A DNA stretch of 64,000 nt from Tubiluchus corallicola (taxonomy: Eukaryota > Animalia > Priapulida): the NCBI GenBank assembly GCA_030141605.1, contig JAQGDQ010000076.1, forward strand, positions 434,001 to 498,000, read 5' to 3'. A program made the position numbers and the translations under genes. Positions 31,324 to 45,489 of this stretch are shown here, piece after piece. Numbering within the stretch: the stretch's first letter is position 1; each line of letters opens with the position of its first letter. The notes beneath the pieces were generated by a model. It had not been told where the DNA came from. It saw only the letters and a program-made list of their open reading frames with translations, and made no database searches.

Positions 31324-34300
31324 CTAACAATTGTCTTCTTTACACTTCTGTCTGAGTTCTGAATCAGCATCATAAGGAGAATCATCATCAAGAACATCAG
31401 TCAACTTCTCGAGTTCCTTTGATCGATGCAGTAAGTGCTGTTCTTGTTGACTAGCTACCGACATTCTAACTAGATGCGTATCTGATAGAGTCCGATTACC
31501 CCAAGAATCGGACGGCGACAAAACAGGACTCAACATCAGATTGTGGCTGTACTGGTAACCTTGATTTCCGTAGTCTGACTGATTACCACAAGTTGGATAT
31601 GTTGGAGAATAATAATCGTTCTGCTTTTTCACTTCGTCGGCCTCATATGTTACAACAGGAAGTGTTAGTCCATCTTTGTCACTTTCTACAATCACTTCTT
31701 CTAGTACTTCAGTTATTTGTCCTTCTAATCGCTCAGCCACATCATCTGATATGCTTTCATGCACAATGGCGTCGCACACGTCTTCACTAGAAGAAAAATC
31801 CCACTTCACATTAAGAGAATTTTCTCTCGTACTTTCATGTTTGATTTTGTTTATATTTGGCGCATGTTGAGTATGTTGATCAGAGATTATTTCTTTTGTT
31901 GTTGATGGCGCACAGGTTTCAACCATACTTTCTGGCCTAAAAACAAAGACAGACTTAGAATCATGTGAATGACCAGTTTGATCTTATTAACAACATAGGA
32001 ACACTGTAATAGAATATTTTTTTTATTATATCATTATTGAGTTGGAGGCCATATAAGTTGGAGTACTTATGCGTTGGAGGCCTAACACCATGAAAGATTT
32101 AAATAAGTTTCAAACTGCTTAATAAAAATAAGATATCAAAATCAATGAGCTTTTTATTTAGCTGTTTGCATTTTTTGATGGTTTACAATCACTCTATAGA
32201 TATTTTACTCATAAAGCATATTTACTCATAAATATATTTATAGTTCACTAACATCAAGAGCATCTAAAAGGTATTCACACTTTTTTACTTTTACTTCATA
32301 CGCTCTCTATCGGAACCATAGCGAAGAGAGATTAATAAGGGCCAGAAGGGAAAAATTATACCAATCCTATTGATTTGAAAGAAATATTTCGCGGAAAATC
32401 CCACTGCACTTGCGCAATTTATACCAAGGAAGTCCTATAGATTTTCATGACTGAAAACTACCGCTTTCTTGAAAACATTAGCGCACAGGAACTATTTGAA
32501 ACAGAAGGCAAACATGGAAACTTCCTCGTTTTTAATTTAACCCGCAGGAGTTTTTCACACAAATATAGACCTAATCGCAGGAAAAGTTATGGCTAGCCGT
32601 AATGATGATTATTAATCTATATATTTTTACGCAGTTCGACGAGATATATAGAGGGCTAACTAATTACATAAAATGATTGTGGCCTGGGATATAAGAATTT
32701 ATGCCTAAATCACTGAGATGAGAAAATAATCAGTAGATGTGTCTTAGCCAAGTTCAGATGCGCCATTCATTCTCTCTCAGCAAGATAAATAGGCCTACTT
32801 GGAAGCATTGGAGACAATAATATGACGTCACGCTCCTTGACTTGAATGTGGCCTCACACCTCTCATTACTGTCAGCCTATAAAGGCGCAATTTTCATTTA
32901 CCTGTGCCAAATTTAGAGGTAGAATGAGATGCAGGAACTTTACAAGCCTATGTATATTTCTAAACAAATAAAACTTGCTCTATAAACGTATCTCAGGCAC
33001 ATAACTCCGTTAACACAGTGGTACCCTCTCAGACTTTTCTTAATTGTGTGCCATAGTTTTGACTTTTGTCTTTTGTAATGCTAGACTGATTTTGTTCTGG
33101 CTGACCCGGATGTACTTTGTAGGTTGCTGTAGCCTTAGTTTATTCAGAATGAATAAGATGAACTCGCACAGTTATCACCTACTTGACTCGAGAATCCTTG
33201 CTATAGATAGCACAATGGATTAAAACTGATTTTTTTTTAACAAAATTAATGTTATTACAAGTTTGATCATTTGCATCACTTGAACCTGAAACTTTTGGCA
33301 AGAAGGTCACATTTCCTGCTAAGTTTCAAAATAAAATAGCAGAAAAGTACCAACGGTACTTAGCTTTCCTTAAACGGTTTCAATTTAGATACTTTTGAAA
33401 TACTGATCATGATATTATAAAAAGAACTCATACAATTGTGTCTTTCATGATCGTAATGGTCAAATAGTAATTCAGGTCCGTTATTTATATTTTTATAGCG
33501 ATTCAAAATTGTCATTTCGTTTTTTGTAATTATTCATTTAAATGTATTCACCTATGTATATTGTAATATATCCATTGAGGCATTGACCAAATTTTCAGAC
33601 TACTTCCCAATTTCCAGGCGCATTAGATTTAATTTGCAACTTTGTCAGAGCTTGTCTTAAAATCAAGGCAAGTGGGGCAAAATAGTATTAAAAATGCTAT
33701 TATATTGTCTACACGTCTGATTATGTTATATTTGTGAAGTTATTCTAACATTTATTTGTTACATGTGTCAATTATGTATATAATACATCAAATTATGATA
33801 TTATAATTTATGTAATCTGTTTTATTGTCATTAATATGTTGTAAACTTGTATTGTAATAATTGTAATGTGTTTGTGAATGTTAATTGTTAACCCAATAAA
33901 TTAAAGTACATTATATTCATTTAAATGTGAATTAGCTTTAAATAATTTTGCAATAACTGTAAAACATTTTCAAATATTGTAACATTGTGTGAAGCAGATA
34001 ATATTAAATAAACTTGAAAGATTATTTAGGAGTGAATAGACCTACATATTAAAAAAATTTCTTTTGCTTGAAATAAAATGAAACTGGGCCACTCTGAATT
34101 TAAACTGCAACTACATAGGCAATGAACAGTGATACAAATAAACATTAAAGCAATATCTGGCTAACGAAAAACAGGGTTGCTAAAATAGTTTTCCATCTCG
34201 CACCTCTGCAAATCACTACTTTCCAGCTGACCCTCCTTTATATCATTCGCATGCTCTTTCTTCACGCGACATGTATCCCAGCATTCTTCACACTCAGGTT

Positions 34301-37300
34301 CTGCTTGATTTCTTTGTTTGACAACAGACAAAGTGGAAGATTCGATGCCATTCCCTCTGAATGTCAAGTAAAAAATTCAATTCACGGCCTAAGAAAGTTC
34401 ATTAAGTATTTTAAAGCAAACGAAAATAATAAAAGTAGATTTCGTAAAAGTTACTACAACTTTAATTTTCACATTTTTAATAACCAATACACTACAGCTC
34501 AAAAATTCATTTAAAGCTCGGAGATAAAAAGGTTTAAAAACAAAAAATTATACCTGCAAATACGGAAATAAAATAATTGCAAATGACATACAAATCCACA
34601 AAAAATAATTTGTGTAACACGAACCTGCTTTGATCATTGGTTTGCGTTGTTCTGGTTTCATTTAAATCTGCCAAGATATCAGGATTAGATAATGGTGGTG
34701 ACCGTAGTGACAGCGATGGTGATGGTGACGGTGGTGTCACTCCACTGATCACGTGCGGTGAGGATTCGTTAAACGTTGGCGGTTCTGCTGTTATCACTTC
34801 ATCTGGTCTAAAAGAAGAACTTATAAACACAAGATTCAATAAAACTGAAATCACGATACCATGGTTATCTCTTTTGCTTGTTAACCTTTTTCTGTTTTAA
34901 TCTGGCAAAGCAAAGCATAACACGATCGCTTCCATTTTTGTCAAAAGTTTTAGTGCACTAGTTAAATAACTTTCTCTTTACGGTCAGTAGATGTCATCAG
35001 TTATCAGTGCGGGAGGAGCACTGTTTACAGCTTCCATTAAACTATGCGACAGCAACTAGCTACATAAAAAAGTATGTATAACCTTACGTTATTTTTTTAT
35101 TCATTATTTTATTTAAGGTTTATTTCACCATATAAAAATGCTATATAAAAGTTAAAATTATCACTGAAAACAAAGAAATACTGTATGCCATGGACTGTCA
35201 AAAGAGTTACCAAAATTTTTGCAAAATATAATAAAAATATATACAGAATTTAATATTACAAAGCAGCAGTTAAAAACCCACGGATAAACCCGTTCAACTT
35301 CAGCTATACATACGCATATATATACAATATAAACACATATACAACAGAATGTAGCCGCTACACGAATTACAAACAAATAAGAAAAGGGACGGCGAATACT
35401 TTATTTAGTGACCATGTGTATTTAGCTCGTGTACTTGGCTATAAAGCTAAACAGACAGATACTGCTCAGCAAATAGGATGTCTACTGGGGGAAAAGGAGG
35501 ATATACTTGAGAATCAGAACTTAGCTGTCAGTTTCGTGCACCAATTAAGAGCATTATACGTGCTTCAGCCCCTTCGTGACAACTTACAATAAATGGACCG
35601 TGCCATGGACTGCTGCATCCCGAGGAGCAATGCGCAGAATTACATATAAACGAAAGAAAAGAATGTTTTCTATCATTAATTGATCAACCCTGGTTTGGCG
35701 CATGATTGTTGAAGATATTAGCTAGGGAAGCACCCGTGCGCCAAGAGCGACCGAAGCTAGACACTAGACTTCTCAATCGATTAGATGGTTAGGCAGAATA
35801 AAACTTTAAAGATTTACGCTTTCGACTAGCGTACTTGGTCAAAAAGATTTACAAGTCTATTACACGCGAAAGTTCTACATAAAGTTTTACAAAAGTGTAT
35901 TGTCTTGCATTCACAATTTTAGTTGTAATTTCTCTAAACCCATCTTTAAGACGCTTTATATTTATCAGTCACGCAGCAAACGTAGTGAGCTTGTCTACTA
36001 AGCCATTATATTATTACCATAATGAAAGGGTCCCACTATTACATCTTCTTTTTTCCAGACAATAGTTGTACGACGCTAAGCAAATGTATACAGATGTATG
36101 TTGGTATTACCATCTACAAAAATTGCTTTTTACCATACCAGACGTTGGCGTTCTTAGCGTATTTATTGTACAAAGGCCTCTCATTGATACAGGAAAGATA
36201 AACAAAAAACATAGAAAACTGATTGCTGATATTTTGAAACCAAAATCAGTGGAAAGTCTAGAAAACGAACTCTCTACAATGGTTGAATGCGTTGCATACT
36301 CTCGCTAGTCAGACCTTCAAAATTTCGTAATACATTATAGTAAATTACTCGAACATTAGTCTAATTAGTCTGAGCATTATGAGCATTGTCAGACACGCTT
36401 TCGAAAACCGCGACGAAGATCAAAACTGCCCCACTTTCGACTACGGCCCAACTCTAGAGCGGTAAAATGTACTTGAGTTATGGAGTTTTCCACGCGGCAT
36501 ATTAATACAATATTTCAATATTTATTCAGTTAGCATAGTCATCAATGAAAACATAACACATACATTGTGATTACAAAATTTTTTTTATTGCATACATTAA
36601 TTAATTACTATTTGCACAAAATATATACAAATATACATATGCATATTACAATACTTATTTTTCATCGATTGTTACTTGTTGAACGGCTGAACCTTTAATA
36701 AAATACCAACGTGTTTTGCAAATTTGGCGTGCTTTCCCTTTGTGTATTTCTTCAGATAATTTTCTGAAATTTTCTTTGCCAGAGCGCACGCAGTACACAG
36801 ATACATATAGACAGAGCTGAATCCCGAAGTTAAGTTTGCATATCGAACTTAATCGCTAATTAAAGCTAATTTGCTGCTCAGTAGGTGTTTCGGGTGCTAC
36901 GTGGCTTAGTCGGTGCGACTAAAGGCAGAAAATTGTTGCCTGATATTTAATGACAATTTAGAACAACCACCATCTGCATAATAATCTGTACATTTACGGA
37001 ATAACTAATTTATCTGCAAATTACGACAGATTAATTGCTTTCTTGCTGTGAAAATCGACGTAATAGGCTCATTAATTTACATTACGCAATTTAGTTGCTA
37101 ATAACGGCATTTAATAAAGTATACGTATTTATTTTTAAGGCAAATTGTAGGATTACCCGCTCGGTTTTTGAACAGCTAACGTAATACATTAAACAAATTT
37201 TCAAAGCACTATGCTCACCTATTCAATATTATTTATAGGAAAACGCAAATATCATTTTTTTGCGATCTTTTGTAACTTGAACTGATTGGTGAATGAATAA

Positions 37301-38406
37301 AAATCCCACTGTTAAAAACAAGTAGAAAGAACTAACAGAACAACATTTCGAATTACCACTGTACTGTAGTTCATCTTCATGTGAACATAGTTCTAAAGAC
37401 ATAAAAGGGAAAAAATGCAAGAAATTACTAAAACTACTGAACTAATTTTGTGGAGTTTTTGTTTGTATTATTAATATATAAAGGATATAACACTAAAATG
37501 GATACAAGCACATAGAAAAGCACAGAAGCATAGCAGATCAAAATGAAAAACTATGTTTATGCTCTGTCTTTTTTTAAGTGCTTGCTTCCTTTTTAGTGTG
37601 ATATCCTTTTGATGTATAAACTAGAAACTCGCCAAAAAGTGTTTAGTAGTTTTAGTATATTTTTGTGAATTTTTCCCTTTTTCGTTTTTTATGTCCACGT
37701 GAAGATGAACTACAGTGGTGGTAATTCAAAATGTTGTCCTTTCTTTATTTTTCCTTGTTTTTAATGTGTTTTTTTATTCATAGTCACTATTTTTGTCATT
37801 AAAAATTAACTTGTGTTATTAAATTGTTTAGTATGCCAATATCCAATGGTAATTCAACGTATGTTTTCTGATGAGCGATGCGGCTTGTATGGTTTTACGT
37901 AGGCCTACAAATGTGAGTTTGTGATTTGGAAAATGACATACCAAACATGATTTACCCTAAAAGATAAGTTAAAATGTTTAAAGAAAGACCCTCAATTATC
38001 GTTGAGTATTTTCTTAACGATCAGATTTTGATTCGGTTTAATGGTGAACTAAAGGGCTTAGGGACGGAGGATACAATGGGTTGAGGGACCAGCGTTATTT
38101 TGCACGTGTATTGTTTGGTAAAGCACGGCAGCAACGAACAACAAATAATTCTATTTAATTAATAAATATACAAACCAAATTATTTCATTATTAAACAGTA
38201 ACTAATTGAAACTGACACTAGTAATATTTTTTTGCTTACCCTGGATCTGGCTTGGAAGCGTTGACTCTGAATGAACCATTGTGAGTTATTACAGTGGTTT
38301 CATTAAACGTTGTTTCTGAGTGATAATCACTTTTGTGAGTGACCACATCCGAAAAACGGCTTCTTATATCACCGCTTTCGCCAGCACAGCAGAAAAGGTT
38401 TCCCAT
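31324..38406 (-). CDS. Uncharacterised acidic, Ser/Pro-rich, probably disordered protein (~370 aa) with an N-terminal MGNLFCC lipidation-like motif: join(38406-38240, 34807-34625, 34356-34204, 31936-31324)
   Basis: Four open exons with canonical GT-AG boundaries, all introns phase 2 (gg|gtaagc..cttttag|a; ag|gttcgt..cattcag|a; ag|gtgcga..gtttttag|g). The terminal exon is ~200 codons. An in-frame 54-nt upstream exon (38534-38481) also exists. No family recognised, and further small exons may have been missed. Confidence 0.7.
37289..37787. mobile_element. Foldback/palindromic element (~500 bp, ~240-bp imperfect arms)
   Basis: The left arm (atgaataaaaa..ttaaaaacaag..caacatttcgaattaccac..tgtagttcatcttcatgtgaacat..aaaggatataacactaaaa..caagcac) mirrors the right arm (gtgcttg..ttttagtgtgatatccttt..atgtccacgtgaagatgaactaca..gtggtaattcaaaatgttg..cttgtttttaa..tttttattcat). 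Confidence 0.85.
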
Positions 38407-38973
38407 AATGCATCGGCTTCAAAGGAAAAAAAACAAAAATCGAATTAATTAATATGACAGGCTATAGGTCGAACACTTACAAAGAAGTCTCTGTTTCGTC
38501 ATCATCATTGTTAAAACTTTCGGAACATTCTTCCCTAGAAAGCGAGAAAACTGACAGGTGTCATTACTTTAAGAACTAGCTACCCCGTCTTCACTAACCC
38601 CACACGCAGTTATCATTTCTAGAAATTAATTGAAAAACGTAGAAACTTTTATAAAAAATATTTTCACGAATTTTAAATGAAACCATATGCAACCAATGCT
38701 TCCATTTGAAGCCATATTCACGAGAAATCGCTAGCAGCCCCAGGCTTCATAAGGGTTACCGACTGTGACGTACTTTCATGTCTGATGTTTACACTAATCT
38801 GCTAATTATAATGGCAAAACCGGTTAGCTTTTATGCTCACTGCTGAAAAACACGTGTGGTTTGGAATAATTTTTATCAAAGTGTTGTCAAGATGTTAAAT
38901 ATTTGCAGTGTGTACCACCCATGTTCTTCTAAACCTTCACATTTTTTCCAGTTTAAAGCGACTAGTGTCCTTT

Positions 38974-40052
38974 GACGTAACACAAATGAAGTTAAGTTCA
39001 CACAGAATCACACGTACAGCATTATAAGAGACAAGAGAGCTCTGTACTTTCAAAAAACTAAAAAATTCGTCTTTAAATCACCTACATTGTATGGTAGCAA
39101 CGGCATATTAAACTTGAAAATTGTATCTCCCGTGACTATCATTAGGCGCAGCCATTTTGACGGAAGTCCTTTGGAACAAGTTAGATAAAATTGCCTAATT
39201 TCGATAAAATAATCAGAGCATTCGTAGTGCACACTTGGGCTAACTAAGCAAAAGTATAAATTACTTACCTTGTCAATAAGATCAATAATATATTTTTTTG
39301 GTGAGCCAGTAAGCTTTTTGGTGCACACAAGGACAATGAAATAGTGACATTTTACTACCTGGCATTTGAAATTGTTATATAGGTAAGCGTAGTGTAACTT
39401 TTTTGTTGCTAAGTAATTCCCCTTTAAATAGATGAAATCCTGTAAAATGTTTTAGTGTGTCGCGCCCATTACCTTTACAATCTCAATCAGACTCAGTTTC
39501 GCTCATAGACTGAAATCGTAAACTAAAATCATTAAAATACTGCCTTACTCATATGAAGAATTAGATCGTGTAAAAAGGTATGCACAGAAAAGTTTTGGTT
39601 GCAGTACGATAGTGATCCCTCAAGTGTTAGAAAGTAGATTAAAAATAATTTGGTAGTTAGGGCAGCACTGCAGCCTCGGTCGCACTTGCAGCAACTTGCA
39701 GCAGCGACCTAGTCGACATCTCACGACTCACAGGTAACAGGTCTTTTACTTCCAGACAAGAATTCCTGTTGCCATATGTGCAGGTTAATTCTACATTTAA
39801 ACATGTCATTGTAAAAATAACATTATTATATTATTTTCATTAAACGTTACATAATTATGAAATATATCTCTTATGCAAAGGGCTCATAAATACAGGCATG
39901 TTATGCTGGATGAAAATTCTAAGATAGAACATTAAATGCTAACCAATGGTTTTGCCTCTAAGACGCAGTGAAAGAAAATGGAAACTATTGGAATGTCTTT
40001 TTTAACCAAATAAATGTAAATTTAGTTGCATGGGAGTATGTGTGCGTGTGCA

Positions 40053-40083
<31 letters not shown>

Positions 40084-42329
40084 GTGTGGATTTATGCATG
40101 TGTAAAAAGAATATATCTATATCAATATATACATGACATGTGCTACGAATATATCTATATACATGACATGTGCTACGAATATATCTATATACATGGCATG
40201 TGCACACACTCTCATGCATACATGGACATACGTACATATATAAAAACGAATATGTATATTCTTTCTGTAGTAAAGATTCACTTTTTTCATTTTTATTTCT
40301 GTGAAAATAAATTCGTATACACTGCGCCAAGAAGTGACTACATGAGATCACTGTTGCAACTAAAAACCTATTATTGCGAATTTTAAGGGAAGCCAATCTT
40401 GCTATTTTGCAATTAAGAATGTGAGAAAACTGCAGCAAGCAATTTTGAAGCTACTTCTGTTACTCCAATATTCAAATCAAGAAAAATTAGGGATACCATA
40501 CAGTGATGTTTAAGACATTCCGTCAGCAACATACGTTGTGACTAATATTCATAAAAGAATGAATAATAATAACGGTTTACTCGTATCTATCACAGTCAAA
40601 ACTGACTACAAATACCACAAGCGGCTTGAGATTAACTCTTTACCCTTCGCGTTAGTTGTGTGTTTTTCAAATGAAAAATGTCTAAGAAGTATTGCGACAA
40701 AGTACAGTCAGAGTAGCAGCAATTTGACTACCTGTATTATATCACGGGTATCGCACTTCGTTTACGGCATATTAATTATCGCTTCCATAAATGAAAACAC
40801 TACTACCGCTAATTACCGCCATATTCAATGCATCATTGAAACATCATGCTGTATAATGTGTGCAAAAATTAATAAATAACCCAGCGTATGCCTAGTACGC
40901 AGATGCTGGCTGATCTAACGCACGACTTACTGTTATCTGAACTAGTTAAGTTCATTGCAGTACAAAATAATATTCACTGATTCTTCAACTTCAGTCGTTT
41001 TGTCGACATTTGTAAAGAAACTCTTACGTAATGTCTGACGTAGTTTTTTTAAAATCTTTTTGCAGCTTTGCTGGATACCGTTTATTATGGATACGCCTTT
41101 TTATACCATTAACTACGAACAGGAACATTAAAACTCACGTGTTCACATAACTTCCTGCACTCAAGCTGTAGGGGTGGGCAAACTAGACACGCGTTATCAC
41201 GTTTTCTGAGAAAATCATGTCTCTCCGGGACGTAACACAAATGAAGTTACGTTCACACAGAATCACACGTACAGCATTATAAGAGACAAGAGAGCTCTGT
41301 ACTTTCAAAAAACTAAAAAATTCGTCTTTAAATTTTGTACATTGTAAATCACCTACATTGTATGGTAGCAACGGCATATTAAACTTGAAAATTGTATCTC
41401 CCGTGATTATCATTAGGCGCAGCCATTTTGACGGAAGTCCTTTGGAACAAGTTAGATAAAATTGCCTAATTTCGATAAAATAATCAGAGCATTCGTAGTG
41501 CACACTTGGGCTAACTAAGCAAAAGTATAAATTACTTACCTTGTCAATAAGATCAATAATATATTTTTTTGGTGAGCCAGTAAGCTTTTTGGTGCACACA
41601 AGGACAATGAAATAGTGACATTTTACTACCTGGCACGAACATTTGAAATTGTTATATAGGTAAGCGTAGTGTAACTTTTTTGTTGCTAAGTAATTCCCCT
41701 TTAAATAGATGAAATCCTGTAAAATGTTTTAGTGTGTCGCGCCCATTACCTTTACAATCTCAATCAGACTCAGTTTCGCTCATAGACTGAAATCGTAAAC
41801 TAAAATCATTAAAATACTGCCTTACTCATATGAAGAATTAGATCGTGTAAAAAGGTATGCACAGAAAAGTTTTGGTTGCAGTACGATAGTGATCCCTCAA
41901 GTGTTAGAAAGTAGATTAAAAATAATTTGGTAGTTAGGGCAGCACTGCAGCCTCGGTCGCACTTGCAGCAACTTGCAGCAGCGACCTAGTCGACATCTCA
42001 CGACTCACAGGTAACAGGTCTTTTACTTCCAGACAAGAATTCCTGTTGCCATATGTGCAGGTTAATTCTACATTTAAACATGTCATTGTAAAAATAACAT
42101 TATTATATTATTTTCATTAAACGTTACATAATTATGAAATATATCTCTTATGCAAAGGGCTCATAAATACAGGCATGTTATGCTGGATGAAAATTCTAAG
42201 ATAGAACATTAAATGCTAACCAATGGTTTTGCCTCTAAGACGCAGTGAAAGAAAATGGAAACTATTGGAATGTCTTTTTTAACCAAATAAATGTAAATTT
42301 AGTTGCATGGGAGTATGTGTGCGTGTGCA

Positions 42330-42360
<31 letters not shown>

Positions 42361-43500
42361 GTGTGGATTTATGCATGTGTAAAAAGAATATATCTATATC
42401 AATATATACATGACATGTGCTACGAATATATCCATATACATGATATGTGCTACGAATATATCTATATACATGGCATGTGCACACACATACATGGACATAC
42501 GTACATATATAAAAACGAATATGTATATTCTTTCTGTAGTAAAGATTCACTTTTTTCATTTATATTTCTGTGAAAATAAATTCGTATACACTGCGCCAAG
42601 AAGTGACTACATGAGATCACTGTTGCAACTAAAAACCTATTATTGCGAATTTTAAGGGAAGCCAATCTTGCTATTTTGCAATTAAGAATGTGAGAAAACT
42701 GCAGCAAGCAATTTTGAAGCTACTTCTGTTACTCCAATATTCAAATCAAGAAAAATTAGGGATACCATACAGTGATGTTTAAGACATTCCGTCAGCAACA
42801 TACGTTGTGACTAATATTCATAAAAGAATGAATAATAATAACGGTTTACTCGTATCTATCACAGTCAAAACTGACTACAAATACCACAAGCGGCTTGAGA
42901 TTAACTCTTTACCCTTCGCGTTAGTTGTGTGTTTTTCAAATGAAAAATGTCTAAGAAGTATTGCGACAAAGTACAGTCAGAGTAGCAGCAATTTGACTAC
43001 CTGTATTATATCACGGGTATCGCACTTCGTTTACGGCATATTAATTATCGCTTCCATAAATGAAAACACTACTACCGCTAATTACCGCCATATTCAATGC
43101 ATCATTGAAACATCATGCTGTATAATGTGTGCAAAAATTAATAAATAACCCAGCGTATGCCTAGTACGCAGATGCTGGCTGATCTAACGCACGACTTACT
43201 GTTATCTGAACTAGTTAAGTTCATTGCAGTACAAAATAATATTCACTGATTCTTCAACTTCAGTCGTTTTGTCGACATTTGTAAAGAAACTCTTACGTAA
43301 TGTCTGACGTAGTTTTTTTAAAATCTTTTTGCAGCTTTGCTGGATACCGTTTATTATGGATACGCCTTTTTATACCATTAACTACGAACAGGAACATTAA
43401 AACTCACGTGTTCACATAACTTCCTGCACTCAAGCTGTAGGGGTGGGCAAACTAGACACGCGTTATCACGTTTTCTGAGAAAATCATGTCTCTCCGGGAC
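38974..43500. repeat. Near-identical direct tandem duplication: copy 1 38974-41228 (2255 bp), copy 2 41229-43500
   Basis: The sequences align end to end, giving duplicated ORF-track entries (40538 vs 42807, offset 2269). They differ by 16-, 6- and 8-bp indels and a few substitutions. GAC microhomology is present at all three junctions. Confidence 0.97.
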
Positions 43501-43997
43501 CTAATTCAGCGCTAACAACCTCATCGACTGGATACGCCGGAAGTTATTAGCTAAACTACGGAAATTCGTCTCGCGAAAAACAAAAGTTTCTGTTTCGTGT
43601 CCTTTTCCAGCTTTCCAAAAACCCCAACAGCGAATAACGCCCCCTAAGTACAGCCCGTTCAGTAACTGGCATGTTTATTTATGCAAAAATTTAATGCCGA
43701 ACCGCTGTTAATAACGAAAAGCCCAGCAGCCTTGTAGAAATGTGAAGCTCATTGTAATTCCATTTCCACAGATCGAATGTTGTTACTGTTAGCAGCAATC
43801 ATCAAGTTATAATCCTATCATCGTAGGTTGCCAATGTTTTTGATTATTATCGTACTAGTGAATTTTAAGAATGATTAATCATCGTGTAATAGATGGTTAT
43901 TTTTGTGTTGGAATTTAGTGACAGTGGGTGAAACCGATGCACATAATATCCTTACCAATAAATCAGATGTTGAAAGAATGTGTTAAATACGCTGTTT

Positions 43998-44008
43998 ATC
44001 ATCATTAC

Positions 44009-44052
<44 letters not shown>

Positions 44053-44120
44053 ACAACAACAACAACAACACTATCATCACTGATGTTGTCGTCTTCATTA
44101 TCATCATCATCGCCATCATC
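43998..44120. repeat. (CAT)n(CAA)n microsatellite
   Basis: Directly visible. Confidence 0.95.
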
Positions 44121-45489
44121 TGTACTAGCGTCATCTTGAACATTACAAGGTGTTATGAAACAATACATCACGATAACTATCTAAATATGAACAATAAAAT
44201 TCTTTTCAACAACAGATTCTTATCACCTAGCATTAACAGACACCTAGTATTAATAATACCGGAGATCATAATCTAAAATTATTTGTGAAACCTTGTAAGA
44301 TTGACTTTTCAAAGATTTTTCAGCTCACGTTACAATCCGGCGCTCTCTCCCCAGTCAAGTTAACGATGACCAATTGTTTGTACGCAATAAAAATCACTTT
44401 TAAAAACAGATTGAAAAGAGCTGAAGTTGCTAATTTCTTACTTTAGCATAGGCATTTGGCTTTTAGCTCTTTGTATTTTTGTAGTAATCAATTTTGAACT
44501 TTTGTAGTCTTTACCTCTGTCTTGTGTATTTTTGCCCCTCATTTGTGTTTGTTTTTAACTATTTTAGTGTAAATATCTTAATGTAATCAATTTTTGTGTG
44601 TATGTATTGTGTAATTATTGTATGAAAAAATTACGCAAAATAAAAATAAACAAATATAAACCTCGTGAATATTTCTACATTTTTCATGCAATGTCATGCA
44701 TTCCTCCAAACAAGAAGATAGAAAATTACCTAAGTGATTTGATTTGATTTCGGTGGACGTGTAGACTCGACGCAAAATGCGTAAACAGAACTCAGTGGTT
44801 CAAAATAAGAATCTGTTGTTGACCTTTAAGTCAAATTGAAAAACAAGCATAACAAAGTTTTTAGACTAACGAATTTGGGAAATAATATCGGCAATATTTT
44901 TTCCAAATTATTAATTTTTCAGTCGATTATTTCGAGGTAGATGTAAACTGATTATGCCCCTTGTTTTCTTACAGCCTAATTTTTAGCCTACCTAACTAAA
45001 ATTATCGACGAATGAAGAAAGGCAGGCCTATTTTCGCCTAATATACAATCAAAATTAGAAGTGCTTGTACACTCGCCTGATGATTTAGGTTATTATTGTT
45101 GCAATCAGCAACCTTGCAGTAATTGCCTTATTAGGAGAACCGTACACCACGTAGCAACTTGCACAAAATACGGGGATTGATTTAGGAATACAGCAGTAGT
45201 AGCAGCTGGAACCAACTTAAAGGATTTACCAGTGCGATAAGCTCAAAGTCTTTCCACCTATTTTACACCTAGCGTAATGTGCCAGAAACACGACAATTAC
45301 ATCCATGCACACTTATGAGAACAACGTCTATATTTTAGCAGAACAGTGTATAAAGTGAAGGGAGCAATTTGTAAATAATAGCCATAAATCTCCATGTACT
45401 GTGTTCAATCTATTGAAATTTTGTATAGCAACGAGTCGTTATTTATCTTAATTCAAAATTTTATAAAATTAATTCTGATCGCATATGGA

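Noticed and set aside
39050-43148. Pairs of identical 90-140-aa ORFs suggesting duplicated genes
   Set aside because: The identity just reflects the 2.27-kb DNA duplication. Indels between the copies shift frames, and the peptides show no protein-like features.
43952-44276. Poly-Asp, poly-Met and poly-Ile ORFs
   Set aside because: They come from a (CAT)n(CAA)n microsatellite.
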